Source: an uncultured Bacteroidales bacterium
Lineage (GTDB): Bacteria; Bacteroidota; Bacteroidia; Bacteroidales; VadinHA17
Assembly: GCA_963765005.1 (NCBI GenBank)
Contig: CAVXUP010000008.1
Coordinates: 12,941 to 76,940 of the forward strand
Length of the DNA: 64,000 bases
Reading direction: 5' to 3'
Part shown: positions 18,816-27,265 of the stretch, one piece after another
Numbering within the stretch: position 1 is the first letter of the stretch
How the letters are laid out: every line of letters begins with the position of its first letter
Notes under the pieces: generated by a model
What the model was told of the DNA's origin: nothing
The model's input: the letters and a program-made list of their open reading frames with translations, nothing else
The model's database searches: none
Position numbers and translations under genes: made by a program

Positions 18816-19372
18816 AAGAACTGTCACCAGAACAACGTGATGAACTTATCAGAATCCTGAAAGCCCGTTTTGAGAAAAACACAATCCGTCATACAGGTCT
18901 TGATTGGGTTGAAGTAATGGCAAAGCTTAACTCACCATTAAACCGGGAAAAACTAAGGTCAGTCGCTGAAATGGAAAGAACCGGCGGTGAGCCTGATGTT
19001 GTTGGTTTTGATAAAAAGACCGGTGAATATATTTTTTACGATTGTTCAGCTGAGAGTCCGGCAGGCCGCAGAAGTCTCTGCTACGACAGTGAAGCGCTGG
19101 AATCGAGAAAAGAGAATAAGCCAAAAGACAGCGCTCTGGGTATGGCTGCCGCAATGGGTATTGATCTTTTAACTGAGGAACAATACCGCGAATTGCAGAA
19201 GCTTGGGAATTTCGACACAAAAACCTCGAGTTGGGTGAAAACACCTCCGGAGATCAGAATACCTGGCGGCGCAATCTTTTGCGATCGCCGGTACAACCAG
19301 GTCTTCGTGTATCACAATGGTGCAGAATCATACTATGCTGCCAGGGGGTTTCGCGGCTCGCTAAGGGTCTGA
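18794..19372 (+). CDS. DUF4256 domain protein
   Basis: MERTGGEPDVVGFDKKTGEYIFYDCSAESPAGRRSLCYD and the C-terminal YHNGAESYYAARGFRGSLRV match the recalled DUF4256 consensus. Overlaps the upstream gene by 22 nt. Confidence 0.8.
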   Translation: MPTGKSIKELSPEQRDELIRILKARFEKNTIRHTGLDWVEVMAKLNSPLNREKLRSVAEMERTGGEPDVVGFDKKTGEYIFYDCSAESPAGRRSLCYDSEALESRKENKPKDSALGMAAAMGIDLLTEEQYRELQKLGNFDTKTSSWVKTPPEIRIPGGAIFCDRRYNQVFVYHNGAESYYAARGFRGSLRV

Positions 19373-19388
19373 TCAAATAGAGAGAGGT

Positions 19389-19790
19389 TTATTCAGATAG
19401 CCTGCTTTTGCTATCAGGAGTGCTTACTGTTGATACAATGAAACCCATAACAACAGTTCCAATGACTCCGATTATCACGACAATCACTTTTATTGCAAAG
19501 GGATTGATAAGGAAAATGCACGAGAGAGCTATCATAAGCCACATGATGCCGATTGAAATCAGCTTGGCCCTCCTTGTCATTCCTTTCTTCGTATGAAGAT
19601 CTGAAATATAAGCACCGATGAATTTATTAGCTGTCAGTTTCTGATACAGTTTATCTGAACTTTTAATATACAAGCCGGCAGTAAGCAAAAAAAAGGGTGT
19701 TGAGGGCAAGCCCGGGACAACAATGCCGATTATTCCTATAGTCAGCGAGAGCGTACCCAGGACAATAAGCAATATTTTAATCAGATTCAT
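19389..19790 (-). CDS. DUF454 (YbaN-like) inner-membrane protein
   Basis: Start at ATG 19790 (MNLIKILLIVLGTLSLTIGIIGIVVPGLPSTPFFLLTAG). The track ORF extends upstream with an implausible leader. Confidence 0.8.
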   Translation of the reverse strand: MNLIKILLIVLGTLSLTIGIIGIVVPGLPSTPFFLLTAGLYIKSSDKLYQKLTANKFIGAYISDLHTKKGMTRRAKLISIGIMWLMIALSCIFLINPFAIKVIVVIIGVIGTVVMGFIVSTVSTPDSKSRLSE

Positions 19791-20004
19791 TTTCTGTTTT
19801 TTGGCTATTATGATTATGAAAATGATTTGCAGTGAGATCTTCAATCCTGAAATCAAGTATTGCTCTAAACAAATTTCTGGCAATTTAATCATTTTAGCGT
19901 CAGGATAACCGATGGCTGAAAATAAACAGAGACACAGGCGGATTGTCAGGTAAAATCTGCTTAAAATATAAGCCAGCAACAAAACACGATACAGGATTAT
20001 ACCC

Positions 20005-20012
20005 TATATTTG
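20005..20012 (+). promoter_or_regulatory. Candidate Bacteroidota -7 promoter box (TATATTTG)
   Basis: Matches TAnnTTTG 49 nt upstream of the rsgA ATG. No clear -33 TTG. Confidence 0.25.
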
Positions 20013-20060
20013 ATATTGAATGATTCACATTTTAAAATTTCACGAAATAAAGAGCAGATA

Positions 20061-21125
20061 ATGCAACTGGAAGACTTAGGCTATAATAATTCACTTGAGA
20101 AATTCAGAACAGACAATAACCTGTGCGAATTTGAGATTGGAAGGGTTATTGCTGAACATAAGGAAAGATATACTGTAAAAACAAATCTGGGTGAATTTGA
20201 AGCAGAGATTACAGGCAATTTAAGGTTTACTGCAAAAAGCCGGGAGGATTTTCCTGCTGTAGGTGACTGGGTGGCACTCACAACGTATGAATCCGATTTT
20301 GCAATTATTCATAAAATCCTGCCCAGGTTTTCAATAATCAAACGGCAGGCAGTAGGGCAATTTGGGGAGGTCCAGATAATCGCGGCAAATATAGATTACG
20401 CTTTTCTGGTTCAGGCTGTCGACAGGGATTTCAATATAAACAGGCTTGAAAGATACCTTACAATTTGCAATTCATCGGCAGTTGCCCCTATAATCCTGAT
20501 CACCAAGACTGATTTAATAGATCAGGATCAGCTTTCTGAGATTCTGGAGTCAATAAAGGTCAGGATAAAAGACGTGCCTGTTATTGCAATAAGCAACGAG
20601 TCACACGAGGGGTACGAAACAATAAGGGCAACAATCGAAAAAGGGAAAACTTATTGTTTACTGGGTTCTTCAGGTGTCGGGAAATCCACCTTGCTGAATA
20701 ATCTTTCAGGCCTCTCTTTGATGAAAACAGACACTATCAGCAATAGTACAAACAAAGGCCGACATGTTACAAGCCACAGGGAATTGATCATTCTTGAAAA
20801 TGGAGGTATAATTGTTGACAATCCGGGTATGAAAGAAGTTGGAATTGTTGATAAGTCTGGTGGATTGGAAGCTACTTTTGACGTGATTATCACCATTTCC
20901 CGGTCATGTAAATTCAAAGATTGCACTCACACCAGCGAAACCGGATGTTCTGTTCTTGAGGCTGTTGAAAATGGAGAAATAGACAGGGCTTCCTACGAGA
21001 ATTATCTTAAAATGGAAAGAGAGAAAGCCCATTTTGAATCGACAGTTGCGGAGAGAAAAAGGAAAGAGAAGATTTTTGGGAAAATAATCAAGGATTATAA
21101 TAAGAAAAACATAAAACAAAGATAG
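20061..21125 (+). CDS. rsgA: Ribosome small-subunit-dependent GTPase A
   Basis: OB-fold N-terminus, circularly permuted GTPase with GSSGVGKSTLLN, and a C-terminal zinc knuckle CKFKDCTHTSETGC. Confidence 0.92.
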   Translation: MQLEDLGYNNSLEKFRTDNNLCEFEIGRVIAEHKERYTVKTNLGEFEAEITGNLRFTAKSREDFPAVGDWVALTTYESDFAIIHKILPRFSIIKRQAVGQFGEVQIIAANIDYAFLVQAVDRDFNINRLERYLTICNSSAVAPIILITKTDLIDQDQLSEILESIKVRIKDVPVIAISNESHEGYETIRATIEKGKTYCLLGSSGVGKSTLLNNLSGLSLMKTDTISNSTNKGRHVTSHRELIILENGGIIVDNPGMKEVGIVDKSGGLEATFDVIITISRSCKFKDCTHTSETGCSVLEAVENGEIDRASYENYLKMEREKAHFESTVAERKRKEKIFGKIIKDYNKKNIKQR

Positions 21126-21160
21126 AATCAGGCACAACTCCTTGAATAAAAAATATTGGA

Positions 21161-21781
21161 ATGCAGACAAGACTATCCATTTTTATAACATTCTTATTGC
21201 TCTGTTTATCTTGCAATACGGTTTCTGAAAAAGAGTCGACTTCTTTTCTCAGGATATCCGAAAACAGAAGATATCTGACTACTGAAAACGGCAAACCATT
21301 TTTCTGGCTGGGCGATACAGGATGGCTGCTCTTTACAAAACTTACACGCGAAGAGGCAGAAAAATACTTTGAAGACAGGCGTCAGAAGGGATTCAATGTG
21401 ATACAGATTATGGTGCTGCATAATGTAAGTAAGGCAGTAAATGTTTACGGAGATTCTGCACTTGTAAACCAGAATATTGATCAGCCATTAACAACATCCG
21501 GAAATTCGTCTGATAACCCTGAACAATATGATTACTGGGACCATGTTGATTACCTTATAAACCTGGCCGGGGAAAAAGGTTTATATATGGCCCTTGTGCC
21601 TGTGTGGGGCTCCAACATCAGGAGCGGCAGGATAAGCAGTGAAAAAGCAGGAAAATATGCAGCCTGGCTTGCAGCAAGGTATAAGGACAAGTCAAATGTC
21701 ATCTGGCTGAACGGCGGCGATATTAAAGGCAGTGATTCAACAGCCATATGGAAAACTATAGGTCTACTATACGACAAGTAA
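21161..21781 (+). CDS. GH140-like (DUF4038 apiosidase-like) glycoside hydrolase, fragment 1 of 3
   Basis: Signal peptide plus ENGKPFFWLGDTGWLLF...RRQKGFNVIQIMVL. The frame breaks near 21761-21765. Confidence 0.8.
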   Translation: MQTRLSIFITFLLLCLSCNTVSEKESTSFLRISENRRYLTTENGKPFFWLGDTGWLLFTKLTREEAEKYFEDRRQKGFNVIQIMVLHNVSKAVNVYGDSALVNQNIDQPLTTSGNSSDNPEQYDYWDHVDYLINLAGEKGLYMALVPVWGSNIRSGRISSEKAGKYAAWLAARYKDKSNVIWLNGGDIKGSDSTAIWKTIGLLYDK

Positions 21782-22005
21782 GTCCGGATCAGCTCATTAC
21801 CTTTCATCCCTTCGGCCGGACACAATCATCAGAATGGTTCCATAACGAAACATGGCTCGATTTCAATATGTTTCAATCGGGCCACCGCAGGTACGATCAG
21901 GATACTTCAGGACTGGCTTACGGGGAAGATAACTGGAAATATGCTGTTGATGATTATGGTAAAACGCCGATTAAAGCCAACTCTCGATGGAGAACCTTCA
22001 TATGA
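21748..22005 (+). CDS. GH140-like glycoside hydrolase, fragment 2 of 3
   Basis: Continues the DUF4038 domain (ITFHPFGRTQSSEWFHNETWLDFNMFQSGH). The frame breaks again at the A3 run 21973-21975. Confidence 0.75.
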   Translation: MENYRSTIRQVSPDQLITFHPFGRTQSSEWFHNETWLDFNMFQSGHRRYDQDTSGLAYGEDNWKYAVDDYGKTPIKANSRWRTFI

Positions 22006-22552
22006 AGGCATTCCACAGGGTCTTCACGATCCGGCTCAGCCATACTGGACCGACTCAGATATCCGGCGTTACGCTTACTGGTCGGTATTTGCAGGTGGTT
22101 GCGGTTTTACCTATGGTCACAATGCCATAATGCAATTTCATAAGGAAGGCGATAAGGAATCCTCATACGGTGTTAAAGAAACCTGGGACACTGCTTTGAA
22201 CGCTCCGGGAGCATCTCAGATGAGATATCTGAAAGAGCTTATGCTTTCCCGGTCATATTTTGACAGGATCCCGGCGCAGGATCTTATTTCAGGCAGCCAG
22301 GGGGAAAAGTATGATTATCTTGCTGCGACGAGAGGCAAAGATTATGCTTTTATTTACACCTGCAACGGCAGTGTTTTGAATATTGACCTTGGAAAAACCA
22401 ATCTTCCGGGAATTAAAGCCTCATGGTATAATCCCAGGGATGGGAAATTTAATGATATCGGCGAGTTTAAAGCTGAAGGAATTAAAACTTTTGATCCGCC
22501 CGGAGACAGATCCCCAGGTAATGACTGGGTACTTGTACTGGATCGCAATTAA
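21941..22552 (+). CDS. GH140-like glycoside hydrolase, fragment 3 of 3 (includes a C-terminal collagenase-like binding domain)
   Basis: LDGEPSYEGIP...YAYWSVFAGGCGFTYGHN plus the C-terminal ASWYNPRDGKF...NDWVLVLD. Confidence 0.78.
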   Translation: MLLMIMVKRRLKPTLDGEPSYEGIPQGLHDPAQPYWTDSDIRRYAYWSVFAGGCGFTYGHNAIMQFHKEGDKESSYGVKETWDTALNAPGASQMRYLKELMLSRSYFDRIPAQDLISGSQGEKYDYLAATRGKDYAFIYTCNGSVLNIDLGKTNLPGIKASWYNPRDGKFNDIGEFKAEGIKTFDPPGDRSPGNDWVLVLDRN

Positions 22553-22558
22553 ACAATA

Positions 22559-22591
22559 GGAAGACGGAAGACCGAAGACCGAAGACCGAAG
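22559..22591. repeat. Tandem 7-mer array (GGAAGAC/CGAAGAC, about 4.7 copies)
   Basis: Read directly as ggaagac ggaagac cgaagac cgaagac cgaag. Begins 6 nt after the GH140 stop and is followed by tattttt. Confidence 0.9.
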
Positions 22592-22638
22592 TATTTTTAG
22601 ACGTTTATGAATTAGTCAGGCTATCCAATAAAATAAAA

Positions 22639-23031
22639 ATGAAAAAATATTTATCTATCTGTTTTCTCCTGTTTTTCGCGACAACTTCCTGGTCACAGAA
22701 AAGTCAGAAAAACGTATCCTCTTCAGGCAAAACAGTTAAAGAGCACATTCGCCTTCCAGAACCAATCGACCCTCAGATAGTACAGGATCAGGATGACATG
22801 ACGTGGAATGATTATCATCCAATCCCGGGCAAAAACTGGGCAGACCCTTCACTTGTTCCGGAACGTAAATTCAGGATGGCACTTGTTGCAGTTGACTTCC
22901 CCGATCAGCCTTTCGTAATAACTCTTCCGAAGAATTCAGATCTTTTCGGCAACCCGCAGATTGATCCTGTTAAAAGAGAGAGATGTCGCGAAATTCTATT
23001 CCGCGTTCTGGCTCACGCCATCGGCGGTTAA
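22639..23031 (+). CDS. Secreted HExxH zinc metalloprotease (InhA/M6-like?), N-terminal fragment
   Basis: Signal peptide. The frame breaks at the A4 run 22972-22975, and the sequence continues in 22961-24649. Confidence 0.7.
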   Translation: MKKYLSICFLLFFATTSWSQKSQKNVSSSGKTVKEHIRLPEPIDPQIVQDQDDMTWNDYHPIPGKNWADPSLVPERKFRMALVAVDFPDQPFVITLPKNSDLFGNPQIDPVKRERCREILFRVLAHAIGG

Positions 23032-24649
23032 TCACGGACAAACAATCAATGGCTACTGGATGGAACAGTCACGCGGTAAGTTTGGCATTACAGTGCTCGA
23101 CGCATTCGGCCCCTACCGTATGCCAAAAAATCTCTGGGAATACGGTCTTAATGAGCATAACCAGAATAATTCAACCCCTGACGGAACAAAAGCTTCATCA
23201 AGGATGGAACCCGATGTTGATGCACTGTGGAAAGAAGCAGAAGGAGATCTTAAAAAGCAATATGATGCAATACTGAGGATCTATGCCGGTTATGACGAAA
23301 CAGGAGTATGGCAGGAATTTGGCGAGATGAAATTCTTATCCAAGAGAAAATATTCCTGTTCGAATGGGGTAATCCCTGATACTTCAAAGCCACGATGGAT
23401 CCCAACAAGGTATGTTCCGTGGACATCTTGGAAAGCCGGACAGATGCAGTGGGGACTCTCTTCGATACGACAGGGTGAAAACTCCGGAACAATAACTCAT
23501 GAGTTGGGACACTTCGCATTCAGGACCGGGGACAACAATAACAATCCGTATATTCAGCCATACAGGAGGGTCGGTTCCGGACCCTGGGATATGATGGACA
23601 GGGGATCGTTCAACGGCCCCGGGGGTCCGCATATGCGCTGGGTTGTGCCTGCTACTATGGGTGCAGCGATGCCGGCAGGACTGATGCTCAGAAACAGAAT
23701 TGCAAATGGCTTTCTGACCCGGAACCAGGTATTGACAATAAGCCGTGACAGTCTGGCTAAAACCGGATCAGTTGTAGCAACCATTACTGCGAGGGCTGTA
23801 GAGCCTGCGGAAGATGAATATGCCGGGATAATTGTCAGGCTTGACGGCGCTGAACCACACGACAGGACTCCTGCAGATGATCCTGCTGTAAACCCTCTTT
23901 CTCCGGGAATCCCAAATTATGATTTCTATTCACTTGAAACAGTGCAGAGAATCGGCTATGATTCTTTTTGCCCCGACAACGGAGTGCTTCTTGCAAAAAA
24001 CAAGGATAAGGAGAGCCGGAACGGAGGACCGAACGGGTTTAACTGCTTTAACTGGGTCATAGATGCACATCCGGAAGACATAAACATTGTCGACTATAAA
24101 AAGCCGGATGGAAGCCTGGTAATGAGAACCGTCGCCGACTACAGGCAGTTAAATGACGCCTTGTTCCATGCAGGCAATAACTCAGGCAGTCAGTTTGAAT
24201 ATACTGATGTTCCGAACAGGCTGCAATTTTATATTATCAACCTTAAAAAGAATCCTGAAGGTATAATTTCCTACAAGATCGGGATAAGATCCCTTGATGG
24301 AGCTGGTCCGCAAAAGCGTGATGTAAGAATTACTCCTCCTTCATCTGCAAAAATGAAGGATCCCGAGGAATATTTTGTTTATACAGTAACAAATAGCGGT
24401 GAAACTTTGAAAACAAATCCTTTAAATAATATCGACATTTACCGCTTGTCTGTTTCTATTGAAGGTGACGGCTGGAATGCTCAATTGTCAAACAGTTTGA
24501 CCTCCATCATGCCGGGAGCCTCAGAAAAAATTCCGGTATATATTTCACACGACAAAACTTGCACCGGCACAGCAAAAGTGACATTCACGGCACGATCAGA
24601 AAACGATTCCACAATATCTGCTTCATCCTCATTTCTTATCAAAAAGTGA
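22961..24649 (+). CDS. Secreted HExxH zinc metalloprotease, C-terminal fragment
   Basis: TITHELGHFAF zinc-binding motif. The family assignment (M6-like) is tentative. Confidence 0.7.
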   Translation: MILLKERDVAKFYSAFWLTPSAVNHGQTINGYWMEQSRGKFGITVLDAFGPYRMPKNLWEYGLNEHNQNNSTPDGTKASSRMEPDVDALWKEAEGDLKKQYDAILRIYAGYDETGVWQEFGEMKFLSKRKYSCSNGVIPDTSKPRWIPTRYVPWTSWKAGQMQWGLSSIRQGENSGTITHELGHFAFRTGDNNNNPYIQPYRRVGSGPWDMMDRGSFNGPGGPHMRWVVPATMGAAMPAGLMLRNRIANGFLTRNQVLTISRDSLAKTGSVVATITARAVEPAEDEYAGIIVRLDGAEPHDRTPADDPAVNPLSPGIPNYDFYSLETVQRIGYDSFCPDNGVLLAKNKDKESRNGGPNGFNCFNWVIDAHPEDINIVDYKKPDGSLVMRTVADYRQLNDALFHAGNNSGSQFEYTDVPNRLQFYIINLKKNPEGIISYKIGIRSLDGAGPQKRDVRITPPSSAKMKDPEEYFVYTVTNSGETLKTNPLNNIDIYRLSVSIEGDGWNAQLSNSLTSIMPGASEKIPVYISHDKTCTGTAKVTFTARSENDSTISASSSFLIKK

Positions 24650-24662
24650 ATAAATTCCGCAT

Positions 24663-24953
24663 TCAAAAAATTGATTCTATAAGTTTTTCTGCACTTCTTC
24701 TTATATCAAAATTCACTGAAAGTATTTTCTTCCGCTCTGAAATCATCTCTTCAGTAAACGGAATATTCATTAATGAATGAATTTTAGTTATGATTTCAGA
24801 GTCAGAATCTGCTATATGGCACAAGTTACTAAGCAAAGCGTTTTCTCCGATAACAGAATTTACAATACAATGCCTGCCTGCGTAAAGTGCCATTAAAAAC
24901 TTAATCTTAAATCCGTTTGATGATATTAGCGGGCAGAAGATTAATCTGTGCAT
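24663..24953 (-). CDS. GT1/GT4-type glycosyltransferase, C-terminal fragment
   Basis: FKIKFLMALYAGRHCIVN is the conserved C-terminal GT-B block. It joins 24907-25779 if one T is removed from the run 24915-24917. Confidence 0.7.
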   Translation of the reverse strand: MHRLIFCPLISSNGFKIKFLMALYAGRHCIVNSVIGENALLSNLCHIADSDSEIITKIHSLMNIPFTEEMISERKKILSVNFDIRRSAEKLIESIF

Positions 24954-25779
24954 TTTTAATAAGTTCTGTCATCTGATCATTATCCGGATCAGAAATCAGC
25001 GAAATATTTGGATAACCGGCTACCTTCAGCTTAATATATTCTGGAGGATCTTTTCCTGCAATAACACATTTATAAGGAATTCTGGAAAAAACATCAGAGA
25101 TTAATGAGTCTGAAATCAGCGCATTCTCATTTACTGATAAATCCCCGTGATAGATTACGTACTCTCCTGTTCCTGTTAAATTTACCGGTTCACCAAAAGG
25201 GTGAAAAGGAGCTATGTAAACGGAGTTCTGATATTTACTTTTGAAATAAACCTGATCATTGAATGATAAAGGGAAGATATGATCTGCGGCTTTCAATATT
25301 TTTTCGAACTTTCTCAGCCTGGCTGATTCCATAAGGAAATAGAACCTTTTCAGAGGATTCCGTTCATTATCTGAAAGTGACATATAATAATCGTGTTCTA
25401 TATTATGAAGCCGCACAGTTTTTTTCCTGTCTGATAATAGCTTATGTTTAAGATAATAAGCCGTATGCAGTCCATCGAAAAGTATAGGATAATCATTGAT
25501 GAGCAGATTTGCCAATAATTGCTCAGACCGGCGGCTTGATACAATATACGGAACGGATGATAATTGATTTATCAGGCCTGGTTTCCTTGGGTAGAAGTTT
25601 ATTGTTTCACATATTGATTCAAGCTCTTCAGGATATTTACGGCCGTATTCAAAACAATGCAAATGGATTCGGATGCCAAGATCGTGCAGCGATCTGATCC
25701 GGTAATAGGTATCAATCATTCCACCATAATCTGGCGGAAAAGGGATGTTCAAAGTGATAATATTGAGATTAAAATTCAT
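24907..25779 (-). CDS. GT1/GT4-type glycosyltransferase, N-terminal fragment
   Basis: MNFNLNIITLNIPFPPDYGGMIDTYYRIRSLHDLGIRIHLHCF. Confidence 0.72.
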   Translation of the reverse strand: MNFNLNIITLNIPFPPDYGGMIDTYYRIRSLHDLGIRIHLHCFEYGRKYPEELESICETINFYPRKPGLINQLSSVPYIVSSRRSEQLLANLLINDYPILFDGLHTAYYLKHKLLSDRKKTVRLHNIEHDYYMSLSDNERNPLKRFYFLMESARLRKFEKILKAADHIFPLSFNDQVYFKSKYQNSVYIAPFHPFGEPVNLTGTGEYVIYHGDLSVNENALISDSLISDVFSRIPYKCVIAGKDPPEYIKLKVAGYPNISLISDPDNDQMTELIKNAQINLLPANIIKRI

Positions 25780-25920
25780 TGCGATTTCAAGTTCCGGCTG
25801 ATATAATTACACTAAATTTATAGATAATTAATATAATGAATTCTGTAAAAATAGAAATAACTAAGCTGGTAAAGCAAATAAGCTAACCTTGAAATTGAAA
25901 ACATTTATTTTAAATGTCTT

Positions 25921-26586
25921 ATGAAGGGCACACTAATTATTACAATTCTTCTATATGGCACGTTGCTTTACGGCCAGTCTGATTCGCTTGAAAAAGCAAT
26001 ATTGTTTGATAAACTCAAATCGAAAGAAATAAGGCAGGACGTTTTTGCAGAGACCCTGACGAAGTGGAAAGAGGTAATGCAGGAAATAGGTGGCTATCCG
26101 GATATACCACTGGACCAGAACAAACAGGCACATTATAACTTCCTATATGAATTTCCTGCCATGTTAAAAGATAAGCTTTTTGCAAGGACCCTTGAGTGGC
26201 TCGCAATAAACTATGGACTGGTTCCTGCATACATGTATTCAAATCTGGAAGACGGGAAAATAATTTTCAGGAACAATGTTAACCTGGTTACCGGCAATGC
26301 CTGTACTTACACATCAGTTATTACGATAAGAAATGAGAAAATCCTGATGGAAATTATCAACATAGGGTATCAGTCGTTTTACGAAGGCCATTATTCAAAT
26401 GATACATGGGTGCCCGAAAAAACGATTGATTTCGGGATTAACCAGGTTTATCCGATAATCCTGAAAAAACCTGCATCGTGGTACTCGAATATAAGCATCC
26501 TTAGGGCTACAAACGCGTTTTTCAAGACTGAAAAGGTAAATCTCCTTGATTACATATCAACTTATGACAATACTTACGGGTTCTGA
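25921..26586 (+). CDS. Hypothetical secreted protein (possibly DUF4468-like)
   Basis: 221 aa with a signal peptide. No motif recognised with certainty. Confidence 0.6.
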   Translation: MKGTLIITILLYGTLLYGQSDSLEKAILFDKLKSKEIRQDVFAETLTKWKEVMQEIGGYPDIPLDQNKQAHYNFLYEFPAMLKDKLFARTLEWLAINYGLVPAYMYSNLEDGKIIFRNNVNLVTGNACTYTSVITIRNEKILMEIINIGYQSFYEGHYSNDTWVPEKTIDFGINQVYPIILKKPASWYSNISILRATNAFFKTEKVNLLDYISTYDNTYGF

Positions 26587-26612
26587 CGTGACCTTCACTT
26601 AACTGATCGCAG

Positions 26613-27215
26613 ATGAGTATTGTAAATCAGAAAGACATTAATCGTCTTCTTAAAACTGACAGGTTATTTGAATCAATCCATGAAAGGTTTGGTCCTCCCC
26701 CGGACTGGACAAGACCCCGGGGATTCATTTCATTATCAAGGATAATACTTGAGCAGAACGTTAGCCTGGCTTCTGCATATGCACATTTTCTCAAACTCGA
26801 GGGTTATCTTTCTGAATTTACACCTGCCAGTATTCTCCGGCTTTCCGATGAGGAGATGAGATATTGTCATATCAGCCGTCAGAAAGCAACATATCTCCGG
26901 GCACTGTCGACTGCAATTACTGCCAAGTCCATTGAACTTGAAACACTGCCGGGACTGAATGAACCGGAAGTAAGAAAGAAGCTTACTGCAATCAAAGGCA
27001 TTGGTGACTGGACAGCTGATATTTATTTGATGTTTTGCCTTCAGTCGCGAGACATTTTCCCGATAGGAGATATCGCAATTGTAAATACTGTTAAGGAATT
27101 GACTGATGCCAGAACCAAAGAAGAGATTGTTTCGCTTGCCGGAAAATGGAAACCACTCCGGTCTCTGGGAACCTATTTTTTGTGGCACTATTACTTAAGC
27201 AAAAGAAAAAAATAA
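26613..27215 (+). CDS. DNA-3-methyladenine glycosylase II-like HhH-GPD protein
   Basis: HhH motif IKGIGDWTADIYLMF followed by the catalytic Asp context FPIGDIAI. Confidence 0.85.
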   Translation: MSIVNQKDINRLLKTDRLFESIHERFGPPPDWTRPRGFISLSRIILEQNVSLASAYAHFLKLEGYLSEFTPASILRLSDEEMRYCHISRQKATYLRALSTAITAKSIELETLPGLNEPEVRKKLTAIKGIGDWTADIYLMFCLQSRDIFPIGDIAIVNTVKELTDARTKEEIVSLAGKWKPLRSLGTYFLWHYYLSKRKK

Positions 27216-27265
27216 TTGAAGTGCCAATTATGCATTGCCGGTTTATTCTTAACTTTATAACAACC

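Noticed and set aside
27146-27265. The extended SusD start at 27146, which overlaps alkA by 70 nt.
   Set aside because: A canonical lipoprotein signal peptide begins at ATG 27266, and the extension has no homology-like features.
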